In this document: in pieces, positions 26,364 to 34,955 of the stretch
How positions within the stretch are numbered: position 1 is the stretch's first letter
How the letters are laid out: each line of letters begins with the position of its first letter
Assembly: GCA_044225505.1 (NCBI GenBank)
Contig: JBGAIN010000058.1
Span: 1-42,993 of the forward strand
DNA from: Limisphaerales bacterium
GTDB lineage: Bacteria; Verrucomicrobiota; Verrucomicrobiia; Limisphaerales; SIBE01
Direction: 5' to 3'
DNA: 42,993 nucleotides
The notes under the pieces: model-generated
The model's database searches: none
What the model saw: the letters and a program-made list of their open reading frames with translations, nothing else
Told to the model about the DNA's origin: nothing
Translations under genes and position numbers: made by a program

Positions 26364-27308
26364 TTAGACACGTTTCTTTGAACGGAGATTGAACTCGATA
26401 ATAAAAGTGCGGCGGAGATCGGTAACGCCTTCGGGGAAGGGTGCGATAGACTTGACCTTTTGAAGCCGGTCCACGCTCTGGTTCAGCGCCGAATGCCTGG
26501 AATTCTTCGTCACGGTAAAGGACTCGACAGTCCCGTTGCGGGAGATCACGACGGTCGCCTCAACCGTGGCTTCGTTGTCCGCCAAATCTCCAGGTGGAGA
26601 CCAGGCCCGCTGATAAATGGCGATAACCCATTGCCCATAGTCCGCAAACGCTTCTCCTCCAGGTCCCGGAATTTCCACCGAAGTGCCCGAGGACATCCCT
26701 TGCCCGATCGCGCCGACGATCGATTGCACGCGAGATGCATACTGAGCTTGCGCGGCGCGAGCGTTTGCTTCGGCTTCGCGACGTTCATTGGCTTCGGCTT
26801 CGCGGCGAGCTTCGGCGGACGCTTTTTGGGTGGCGCTCTTGTTCTCCCGCGTCAGACTAATCTCGACCTTGCGCCGTGTCGGTTTGGTGTCCGCGGCATC
26901 GTCCGGGTCCGTTTTGACGGTCTTTTTGGTGGTCGGCACCGGCTCACCAGTCCGGCGAGGTTCGACCTTCGGGGTTGGCGCCTTTTCTTCCGGAGCAGCT
27001 TTGGGCTCGGACTTTGGCGGGGCGGTCTGAGTTTTTGGAGCGGGCGGTGTAACTGGCGTCGATGCCGGGGGCGCCATGACCGGTGCAGGCGCCATCGGGG
27101 CCGGGGCGGGGGACGCTTTCGCCAAGGGAGAACCGCCGCTGGAGGTCGCCCCGTCGACTAACCGGGAGGGAATGAAGGTGAGCACGGGCAGGGAGATCTT
27201 TGGCGGTTGGGAGGTCACCCAGAGGAGGGGGACCACCACCAATAACACGACGACGAAAGCGTGGGCTCCCGTGGAAGCGATCAGGCACTTTCTTTCGAGT
27301 CGCGTCAT
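26364..27308 (-). CDS. tolA: TolA/TonB-family energy transducer
   Basis: N-terminal TM with S-x3-H motif (STGAH), Pro/Ala-rich linker, C-terminal TolA-like domain. ATG 27308 overlaps the tolR stop. Confidence 0.8.
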   Translation of the reverse strand: MTRLERKCLIASTGAHAFVVVLLVVVPLLWVTSQPPKISLPVLTFIPSRLVDGATSSGGSPLAKASPAPAPMAPAPVMAPPASTPVTPPAPKTQTAPPKSEPKAAPEEKAPTPKVEPRRTGEPVPTTKKTVKTDPDDAADTKPTRRKVEISLTRENKSATQKASAEARREAEANERREAEANARAAQAQYASRVQSIVGAIGQGMSSGTSVEIPGPGGEAFADYGQWVIAIYQRAWSPPGDLADNEATVEATVVISRNGTVESFTVTKNSRHSALNQSVDRLQKVKSIAPFPEGVTDLRRTFIIEFNLRSKKRV

Positions 27309-27751
27309 TTGGCGGTGACTGGTTCTGTCGCCCAACTGAACCTGCGCAAATTGTTGCGTAGACAACCATCGACAACCGCGTAGAGATGCTTGTTCAAACC
27401 ATTCTGATCGGTGCGTATACGCACGATGAGTTGCGGATTGGTCTTCTTGGCGGCGATAAGCTCTCGAATGACATGGTCGGCCCCGGTTGGTCCCGAACCC
27501 ATCTTCCGTTGATCAAGCAGGTATTCGCCGGTGGGGCTGATCTCTACGAGGCGCAGGTCGCGAGCATCGACTTTCTCTTCGGGGCCTCCGCCCTGCGGCA
27601 AGTTCAATTCCATGCCATGTTCTTGCTTCGATCGGATGGAAGGCGAGATGATGACGAAGATGATCAGCAGCACGAACGCCAGGTCGAGCAACGGCGTGAT
27701 GTTGATGTCGTTCAACGTGACCAAGGAATTGCGTTGAGAGAAACGGCGCAT
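27305..27751 (-). CDS. tolR: ExbD/TolR-family protein
   Basis: DINITPLLDLAFVLLIIF motif; located in the tol-pal operon. Confidence 0.88.
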   Translation of the reverse strand: MRRFSQRNSLVTLNDINITPLLDLAFVLLIIFVIISPSIRSKQEHGMELNLPQGGGPEEKVDARDLRLVEISPTGEYLLDQRKMGSGPTGADHVIRELIAAKKTNPQLIVRIRTDQNGLNKHLYAVVDGCLRNNLRRFSWATEPVTAK

Positions 27752-27754
27752 GAT

Positions 27755-28102
27755 TCAGGGCTGCGGCTGCTCAGAGTGCATGTCGGAAAACACAATCACA
27801 AACCCGATCCCCACGGCAATCGCGACGACCAGCAGGACCGCTTGGAGAATTGTTAACTTGTGGTCTTTCCCGAAGAATCGGCGCGAGGTCCGCTTCAACC
27901 AGGACCGGTGCAATTTATGATCACATGCTGCGCAACGTTGACTGGCCCGTTCGTTGCGATGTCCGCAGTGGTGACAAACCACCGCCAGGTGAGCGCCACA
28001 CCTCTGGCAAACACTGCGCCGGCGAGGATTTGGATTTCCGCACTTGGCACAGAGAACGTCCGCTGACTTTTCTCCCTCAATCGCTCTTCTCGACCCACTC
28101 AT
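27755..28102 (-). CDS. Double zinc-ribbon protein with C-terminal TM helix
   Basis: Four CxxC motifs (CAKC, CQRC, CHHC, CAAC), a basic linker and a hydrophobic C-terminus; fills the tolQ-tolR gap. Confidence 0.8.
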   Translation of the reverse strand: MSGSRRAIEGEKSADVLCAKCGNPNPRRRSVCQRCGAHLAVVCHHCGHRNERASQRCAACDHKLHRSWLKRTSRRFFGKDHKLTILQAVLLVVAIAVGIGFVIVFSDMHSEQPQP

Positions 28103-28832
28103 CTTCCTCGTCCCGGAGAAATTCGGTTTCCATCTTCGAGACCAATTCTTGGGCGAAGTTGTCCAACTCCACCGTCATGACCCGAAGGTTATGCACTAAC
28201 CAGTTATAGCCAAACATCGAAGGAATAGCGACGAGAAGCCCCGCGACCGTCGTGACTAAGGCGGCCGATACCCCAGGGGCTAACGCATCCAAGGTCGCTG
28301 AGCCGGATAGCGCGACGTAACTGAAAGCACTCATCACGCCCCAAACCGTTCCGAGCAAGCCCAGAAATGGCGCTCCACTCACCGCAATTGCCAACAAGAT
28401 CAATCCTGACTCAAGGCGCAAACTCTCCTGAGCAACCGTCCTTTCCAACGTCCGTTTAACGTGCTCCATCCCTTTGAGCGAAATATGCTTCTTTCGCCCC
28501 TCTCCTTGATTCGACTTGAGGCGCGTGTCTAACTCCACACAGCCCTCCTGGTAGGTCGTATACAACGGACACCCATCCACCTGCACGCGCCGATCGTAAA
28601 TGGCCATGACGTTCTTTTGGGAACGAAATTCCGAGCTGAAATAGCGATTCATCCGCCTCGCTCGACGCATTTGCATCGCCTTCGAAGCCATTACCGACCA
28701 GGCAAATACAGAAAAGATAGCCAGGACGAAGATAATGCCTTTGCCCTCTGGAGTGGCCTTGTTCCAGATCATGTGCAGCTCCCACCCCCTCCACCCCGTC
28801 GCTGCGGCTAAAATTTGCATCGGCACATTCAT
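28077..28832 (-). CDS. tolQ: MotA/TolQ/ExbB proton channel protein
   Basis: APFLGLLGTVWGVM and APGVSAALVTTVAGLLVAIP. Confidence 0.92.
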   Translation of the reverse strand: MNVPMQILAAATGWRGWELHMIWNKATPEGKGIIFVLAIFSVFAWSVMASKAMQMRRARRMNRYFSSEFRSQKNVMAIYDRRVQVDGCPLYTTYQEGCVELDTRLKSNQGEGRKKHISLKGMEHVKRTLERTVAQESLRLESGLILLAIAVSGAPFLGLLGTVWGVMSAFSYVALSGSATLDALAPGVSAALVTTVAGLLVAIPSMFGYNWLVHNLRVMTVELDNFAQELVSKMETEFLRDEEDEWVEKSD

Positions 28833-29157
28833 TCAGACGGATTCTGGTTTACCGTCCTCCGCACAATTGGTCAAAAGCTTTTGCCACCAAATCTTCCGGC
28901 GCTCTGAATTCGGCTGGAATCTGCCTGCTTCCTTGGAGACACGCGATTTGTAGTGAAACGCAGCGGAATGGGATGTGGGTGGGGCCTCAGTCCGCCAACG
29001 GTAGCTGGTTACCGCAAAGCAATCCGGAAGTGTCAAATTGGCGGGATCCTACCGGAACGATCCCAAAAGGTTCAGAGACATTTCGATCGTGCCGTCGTAT
29101 TCATCCGTTTCAAGCACAGTTTTATCTTAAGACAAACGCAAAGCAGCCTCAGGACAA

Positions 29158-29194
29158 CGTGCGTTTAGCGTGCGTTTAGCGTGCGTTTAGCGTG
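29158..29194. repeat. Perfect 11-bp tandem repeat (CGTGCGTTTAG x3 + CGTG)
   Basis: Read directly in the divergent intergenic region upstream of tolQ. Confidence 0.95.
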
Positions 29195-29341
29195 GACAAA
29201 CGCCGAAGACCAACGGTAACGGCCCAGGACCGTGGACCGATCCTCCGCAGAGCGCCAAATCTAATGTTGAGTTGTTGAGAGAATCGCCTTGATTGTCTCT
29301 CAGGGGGTTGATTATCAGTATTTTCTAGTGAAATCGCCAGG

Positions 29342-29845
29342 ATGAAGGCTTGGTTTACCGAACGATCGGTTCAAGGCGCGGTTTGGCTCGGCCAAACGAG
29401 CCACCGACTGTGGGCCGTTTGTGCTCTCTTGGGGGTTCTTGGGTTGATCCAAGCCGTTGGCGCTGAGGTTGAAAGCAGCGATACCAAGGACGACGTTCTT
29501 TATCGGAAACGAGTGGTGGGAACCTGGGAAGACGATTTCCAGGGGCATCGGACGATGACGATTCGCGAGGACGGGAGCGCTACGATGGTCGTGGAGTTGC
29601 GCGGTTGGAAGGCCGCTCTTTACGCCTCCAAACTGCGGTTTGATATGGTCTGGAGTATTGAGAAGGGACGATTGAAGAAACAAACGACGGGCGGTGAACC
29701 CTCTGGGCGGGTCAAGGCGATTCTGCAGATGATGGGAGATCGAGTCGACGAAAAGATCCTGGAGTTGACGGAGGATCGCATGCGGCTGCTCGATGGGGAC
29801 GGGAAACGCCAGTACGATTGGCGCCGTATCCGCGCTTCCGAGTGA
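29342..29845 (+). CDS. Hypothetical exported protein, lipocalin-like beta-barrel pattern
   Basis: Hydrophobic signal-like segment, VVGTWE, TIREDGSAT, ILELTEDRMRL. Confidence 0.65.
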   Translation: MKAWFTERSVQGAVWLGQTSHRLWAVCALLGVLGLIQAVGAEVESSDTKDDVLYRKRVVGTWEDDFQGHRTMTIREDGSATMVVELRGWKAALYASKLRFDMVWSIEKGRLKKQTTGGEPSGRVKAILQMMGDRVDEKILELTEDRMRLLDGDGKRQYDWRRIRASE

Positions 29846-30014
29846 GCACTACCTCTCGCTCGGAGTGGGAGTGGCGCAACCCCCGATTGTTGTCGGGCGC
29901 GGGGCGGCCCGAATTGGCCGAACGTGAGGGAAACGCACCGCGGAGGTCTCAATAGGTGAGCGGTTGCGGCGCGTCCGGTCATGGCCTGCCTGCGCGTGCA
30001 CCTGTTAACGAAAC

Positions 30015-31442
30015 ATGGATTCTAACGTCGGCGGTATTTCATCAATTCGAGACGCAGGGCAAGAGCGGCCCTGGCGATGGTTGTGGGTTTTCCTGACGAT
30101 TGCCGTCATCGTTTTGGTAACCTTGCAGGTTTACCGGATGAAGGAACACGGCAAGGTGGCCGTGCAAATCGACGCCTTACGACAGGCGGGCCGCCCCGTG
30201 ACCGTCTGGCAGTTACAGGACAGGTTAGAGGCGATTCCGGACGACGACAACGCGGCCTTGCTTGTCCAGCAGGCGGCGGATGCGCTGGACTTTCCCAATG
30301 ACGCGTTTAGTCGGGATCGATGGCCCCGTGGCTCCGCTCCCATGGCGCCCGAGGCGAAGGAGTTCTTCGTCGAGCTTCTGACGAACAACGCGCCCGCATT
30401 GGAGCTGCTCCATGCGGTCGCCCGTTTGCCTAAGGCTCGCTTTCCCGTGAGCTATAGCCGTGGCCCAGAAGCGTTGCTGCCGCATCTGGCAAAAATCAAG
30501 TCCATGGCACAGCTGCTGCGGGCAGAAGCGACGGTGCTCTCGGACGACGGCGCCACGGAACCCGCGGTGACATCAGTGGTGAACGGGGTGGCCTTGGCAA
30601 GGACGCTCGACACCGAACCCTTGCTGATCTCGCAGCTCGTCCGCCAGGCCTGTCTCATGTTCAGCTGTGCTTCCCTGGAGCGGCTTCTTTCGCAACACGC
30701 GTTGACCTCAACGCAGGTCGATCAGCTGTGGACGACGTTTCATGGGGTGCGGGTGGCCTCGAGCGCGGCGTGGGAAAAGTCCCTGACGGGGGAACTTTGT
30801 ATCGGAGCGTTTTGCTTTCAAGCCCGCACGGGCGAGTTTTCAAAGATTTACACATCGCAGGACGACTCGTCTTCGCTAGCGACGGTCTTTTTGCCGATTT
30901 ACTCTTGGAGTGGATTGAAAGATCGAGACTTTGCCTTCTACTTGCGCGCCATGAGTGGGTATTTGTCGACGGCCCGCCTCGAGTATCCGGAACGGTTGGT
31001 GCGCGCGCGGGCTGCGGCCAAGGAAACGGACGAATTAGTGCGGGCCGATTCGCTGGCGATTCTGAGCCGGATGCTCCTGCCATCGCTTGATCGGACGGCG
31101 GATAAGATGGCGGATGGCGAGGCGCACCTGCGTTGTGCGGAAGCGGCTCTTGCACTTGAAAGGCAGCGCCTGGCGCGAAAAGACGCGCCTGAGACAGGAT
31201 GGCTGGCGCTCTGGCAAACGATCCCAGCGGATGGCCAGTTGCGCGATCCGATCGATGGCGCGCCGTTGCGATTCCGGCAACTCAAATCGGGGTATCTGAT
31301 CTATAGTATCGGTGCGGACGGGGTCGATCACGGCGGTGCCGAACGCCAGTACGACACGGGTTCAGGAAGGAAGAAAGGGACGGCCAGTCAGAATCGAAAC
31401 ACCGGTTCGGATATCACGTTCGCGGTCGATCGCCAGGATTGA
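30015..31442 (+). CDS. Hypothetical membrane-anchored helical protein with GspG-like C-terminal motif
   Basis: N-terminal TM, PDDDNAA, EPLLISQLVR, ALALER, DPIDGAPLRF...YLIYSIGADGVDHGG. Confidence 0.75.
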   Translation: MDSNVGGISSIRDAGQERPWRWLWVFLTIAVIVLVTLQVYRMKEHGKVAVQIDALRQAGRPVTVWQLQDRLEAIPDDDNAALLVQQAADALDFPNDAFSRDRWPRGSAPMAPEAKEFFVELLTNNAPALELLHAVARLPKARFPVSYSRGPEALLPHLAKIKSMAQLLRAEATVLSDDGATEPAVTSVVNGVALARTLDTEPLLISQLVRQACLMFSCASLERLLSQHALTSTQVDQLWTTFHGVRVASSAAWEKSLTGELCIGAFCFQARTGEFSKIYTSQDDSSSLATVFLPIYSWSGLKDRDFAFYLRAMSGYLSTARLEYPERLVRARAAAKETDELVRADSLAILSRMLLPSLDRTADKMADGEAHLRCAEAALALERQRLARKDAPETGWLALWQTIPADGQLRDPIDGAPLRFRQLKSGYLIYSIGADGVDHGGAERQYDTGSGRKKGTASQNRNTGSDITFAVDRQD

Positions 31443-31516
31443 TTTCAGCCGGAACGAACTTTCCATTCAAAGCAAAGAAAGTGGCGTCTGCGCGTACCGC
31501 CTGGTATCTATGGGGT

Positions 31517-33484
31517 ATGACCATCGTTCGCCTCATTGGCCTCGCTTGTGCCGTATTTATTGCCGCAAATTGCAGCACTTCCGCGGAAATGCTCGGCATC
31601 GAGCAGTTGTATCGGTTAGACCAACTTCCGGCCTTAAGATCTTCTCTGCACGTCGGCTCCGTCTCAAGTTACGATCGAACGGGCGGAAACGATGATGGCT
31701 TCTCTGGCAAATACTCCTTCGTCCGTAAAGACGATCAAGGCGTCGTGCTCGCCGATTTGCAGGGCCCGGGAGTTATTTATCGTCTTTGGACGCCGACTCC
31801 CACCGACGAGGTGATGGAGTTTTTCTTCGACGGGGAAGCCAAGCCGAGAATCGAGGTCAAGTTTCGGGATCTGTTCCTGGGCAAACACCCGGCGTTTCCA
31901 CGGCCGCTCGTTGGAGCGGGCGCTGGCGGCTATTACAGCTATGTGCCAATGCCCTACGCGAAGTCTTGTGTCATTCGCTTGCGGGCTGCTAAAGCGCAGT
32001 TTTATCAGATCAACTTTGCACGTTACTCTCCGGAAACAGTTCTGCAGACGTTTGCCGCTGAACCATCAGCCGATTACTTGGCGAAGCGCGCTCGCGCCGA
32101 GTCGCTCTGGAATCGTGTGGGCGGCGATTTGACCGCTTTCACAACTCCGCCCGGAGCGGAGATTCAGCGCGCGATGGCAGTCGCGACGGTCGCGGCTGGA
32201 GCGACGCAAACGGTGTTCCGAGCGGATCGCGGCGGGCGGATCGTTGGACTTCGTGTTTCTCCGGCCAGCGCGCTCGCGGGCAAAGCTCGGGATTTGATCC
32301 TGCGGATCTCCTTCGATGGCGAAGGCCCCGCCGTCCTCTGTCCGATAGGAGATTTCTTTGGCTACGCTTGGGGCCAGCCGGCTACCCGTTCGCTCCTGAT
32401 CGGGACGGAGGAGGGGACAAACTATTGCTACTTTCCAATGCCGTTCGACCGAAGTGCGACGATTGACCTGGTCTCTGAAAGATCGGCGCCCGTCGAAGTG
32501 CGAATCGAAGTGGCGCATACCTTGGTTCCGCGAGCCAAAGACGAAGGCAAATTCTACGCATTCTGGCGTCGTGAAAATCCCACGGTTATAGGAGAGCCGT
32601 ATCACTTCCTTGAAATCGAAGGCCGCGGCCACCTTGTTGGTGTTACTTTGCAGGCACAAGGCTTTGAATCAGGGAAGACTCTCTTTTTTGAAGGAGATGA
32701 TGAAACTTGGATCGATGGAGAGACAGCGATTCGTGGAACCGGCTCGGAAGATTTCTTCAACGGAGGTTGGTACGACGTCCCTGATCGATGGGAACGGCGA
32801 ATGTCCTTTCCGCTGAGCGGATGTCTGGCCTACGCGAAGCACCTGGGCCGGACTGGCGGATATCGCTTCTTTCTCGGCGACGCCTATGCCTACCGAACGG
32901 CCCTTCGAGAAACAATCGAACACGCCGGCGAGAAGAACAGTATTCCGACAGACTATTCAAGCGTCGCTTACTTTTACTCCGAGAGATACTCGCCGGCTGC
33001 AGCGTTGCCGGCGCGCGCGCAACGCCAGGTCGTTGACCTTGCCGAAATCATCTTTCCCGCTGGTTGGCAATTGCCGATCAGCGCCTGGTCGTTCGATCGA
33101 GCGAGTCTGACACGGAAGAAAGTGAAGCTCGGAAAGGAAGAAGTCAGAACCTTGTCGTTGGCTGCGAGCGGCGACGATTGGTTCGGCCCGCATTTCATTT
33201 CGCCTGTCTGCGATCTACCCGTCAGTGGCCTTTACTCGATCTACATCGAGGTCGTGAAAGGACCGGACCAAGCGATAGTGCAGCTATTCCAAAGCGAGAA
33301 CCCAGCGGGCGAGCGCCTTGACCTTTACGCGGCGGCGCCCGTTCTGAGCGAGCGCTTGCTTCTCGGCAAATTGCGACTGGAAGAAGGCAAGAACAACCTG
33401 ATGTTTAAGCTCGTTGGCAAGAATCCGGAATCCACCGGGTTGGGGTTGGACCTCGTTCGTTTGGTTTGCGTGCGCGACCCGTGA
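31517..33484 (+). CDS. DUF2961 / glycoside hydrolase family 172-like protein, secreted
   Basis: SSYDRTGGNDDG, GPGVIYRLW, YFPMPF, FEGDDE, GTGSEDFFNGGWY. ATG 31517 gives a signal peptide. Confidence 0.85.
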   Translation: MTIVRLIGLACAVFIAANCSTSAEMLGIEQLYRLDQLPALRSSLHVGSVSSYDRTGGNDDGFSGKYSFVRKDDQGVVLADLQGPGVIYRLWTPTPTDEVMEFFFDGEAKPRIEVKFRDLFLGKHPAFPRPLVGAGAGGYYSYVPMPYAKSCVIRLRAAKAQFYQINFARYSPETVLQTFAAEPSADYLAKRARAESLWNRVGGDLTAFTTPPGAEIQRAMAVATVAAGATQTVFRADRGGRIVGLRVSPASALAGKARDLILRISFDGEGPAVLCPIGDFFGYAWGQPATRSLLIGTEEGTNYCYFPMPFDRSATIDLVSERSAPVEVRIEVAHTLVPRAKDEGKFYAFWRRENPTVIGEPYHFLEIEGRGHLVGVTLQAQGFESGKTLFFEGDDETWIDGETAIRGTGSEDFFNGGWYDVPDRWERRMSFPLSGCLAYAKHLGRTGGYRFFLGDAYAYRTALRETIEHAGEKNSIPTDYSSVAYFYSERYSPAAALPARAQRQVVDLAEIIFPAGWQLPISAWSFDRASLTRKKVKLGKEEVRTLSLAASGDDWFGPHFISPVCDLPVSGLYSIYIEVVKGPDQAIVQLFQSENPAGERLDLYAAAPVLSERLLLGKLRLEEGKNNLMFKLVGKNPESTGLGLDLVRLVCVRDP

Positions 33485-33789
33485 CGTTGTTAAAGCGCTG
33501 ACGCGGCCAGGGCGGTTGGCAAACGCAAACGGTCGCATCGTCCGGTCCAGGCCTAGACTCCAGCATGTCCGTTAGAATCGGACGGACATGCATCTGCGGT
33601 CGCCCTTAGCCGGGCGGGACACTTTTCTTCCAAGAAGGGGACAGCTGCCTTTTCCCGAGCGAGCTTGAGGCTCATCCACGGGGCCGGCCCAGGGTCTTGG
33701 CTGTCCGATTTTCCTGACACCTTCTCCATTTTGAGACTGGCAGTTCTTCGAATCTTCCTTCCGGTCCGGGACTTGAGAATTGAGAGGGC

Positions 33790-33807
33790 TTGGCAGCAAA
33801 CCTGCAA
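33790..33807 (+). promoter_or_regulatory. Putative sigma-54 promoter
   Basis: TTGGCAGCAAACCTGCAA: GG(33792-93)-N10-GC(33804-05), 45 nt before ATG 33851. Confidence 0.55.
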
Positions 33808-33850
33808 GAAGCTTGAGCTGTGGTTGCAGGCGTGCCTGGGCCAATCGTTT

Positions 33851-34405
33851 ATGCTGATTGAAGATATCGAAACTCTTGAGCAGTTGGGCAAAATCGTCGT
33901 TCGGCTCACTTCTAATCCCGCGCTGCGAGAAGATTTGATGCAGGAAGCGTTGATTCATCTTTGGCAGATCCAGGAACAGAACCCTGGCCAGACCAAGAAC
34001 TGGTATCTGCAAAACTGCCGGTTTCGGTTGTTGCATTACCTGGCGCTCGGACGAAGCGTGGATTCGCCCAAACGCCGCGCCTCCCAGGTGCAACCTGTGG
34101 AGAACGATGACGACTCGGATAATTGGCTCGATCGATTGGAAGGGTCCGATTCAGTCCTCCAACATGTGAGCGCACGAGACATCCTGACCTCTTTGGCCAA
34201 ATTGCTCTCTCCCCGCGAGATGTCGATTTTGCAGTGGCTTGCCGAAGGGCAGGGGACCCGTGAAATCGCTAAGCGCTTGGGAATTTCTCACCCGATGGTT
34301 ATTAAGCACCGCCGCAAAATCGCCGCATTGGCAAAGAAGCTATCGATTGACGACCCTCAACAAGCGAGGGAAGCAGCCTCGCGCGAGGCGGCGGTCCTGC
34401 ATTAA
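33851..34405 (+). CDS. ECF-like sigma-70 family factor (region 2 plus region 4/LuxR-type HTH)
   Basis: REDLMQEALIHLW region-2-like segment and LSPREMSILQWLAEGQGTREIAKRLGISHPMV HTH. ATG at 33851. Confidence 0.8.
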   Translation: MLIEDIETLEQLGKIVVRLTSNPALREDLMQEALIHLWQIQEQNPGQTKNWYLQNCRFRLLHYLALGRSVDSPKRRASQVQPVENDDDSDNWLDRLEGSDSVLQHVSARDILTSLAKLLSPREMSILQWLAEGQGTREIAKRLGISHPMVIKHRRKIAALAKKLSIDDPQQAREAASREAAVLH

Positions 34406-34566
34406 CCCGCCTGTCCTTGAGCCACGCTGGTGGATGGGAGGGGCGGTGCCCGATTCTAAGACAAATTGGGACGTCCCTGTGAATGGGTGAGACTTGGTTT
34501 GGAGGTAGAAAGGCCAACGCGTCGCCAAAGGCCTCAGATTTCGTCCTACAGCATGTGAGAGTTTCT

Positions 34567-34583
34567 CTGGCATTCCTTATGCT
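34567..34583 (+). promoter_or_regulatory. Putative sigma-54 promoter
   Basis: CTGGCATTCCTTATGCT: GG(34569-70)-N10-GC(34581-82), 16 nt before ATG 34599. Confidence 0.6.
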
Positions 34584-34598
34584 CCCAGAGGCTCAGCG

Positions 34599-34787
34599 AT
34601 GGACGCTCTTATAGAAACTGGGATGATGCGGGTGCTCGCGATCGGCAGTGTGCCTTTGGCTGAAGTTCCTTTGGACACCGGCTATCTGCAACCAGCCGGA
34701 TACGTTCTCTGCACCGTCCAGGTTGTTACCTCCAAGAGTGGCTTCTCTTCAGGATCTGCTTCAAATACCTTCGCAGTTTGCAGGTAG
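34599..34787 (+). CDS. Small hypothetical protein (62 aa)
   Basis: ATG-started, protein-like sequence, lies in an otherwise empty intergenic gap directly after a sigma-54-type promoter. Confidence 0.55.
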   Translation: MDALIETGMMRVLAIGSVPLAEVPLDTGYLQPAGYVLCTVQVVTSKSGFSSGSASNTFAVCR

Positions 34788-34955
34788 TCCACTCACGCCT
34801 GTTAACTCTCCTCGCCGGGCGCGTCTTCCGGAAGCGCCCGGTCGTTCTTTTCCGGTAGGCGGGTTTTAGTTGCTTGGCCGGCCGGGATTGCGCGATGCGG
34901 GTTTAGATAAAAACGGCTCTTGTCGTTTCTAAGTCAGCACTTAGAATCCCGCGAC

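Noticed and set aside
28833..29340. Short ORFs and a possible CRISPR array in the tolQ upstream gap
   Set aside because: The ORFs lack coding features. The repeat is contiguous 11-mers without spacers, and no cas genes are present.
33665..33850. Longer TTG start for the sigma-like gene
   Set aside because: The extension is not sigma-like and spans the promoter-like elements. ATG 33851 fits better.
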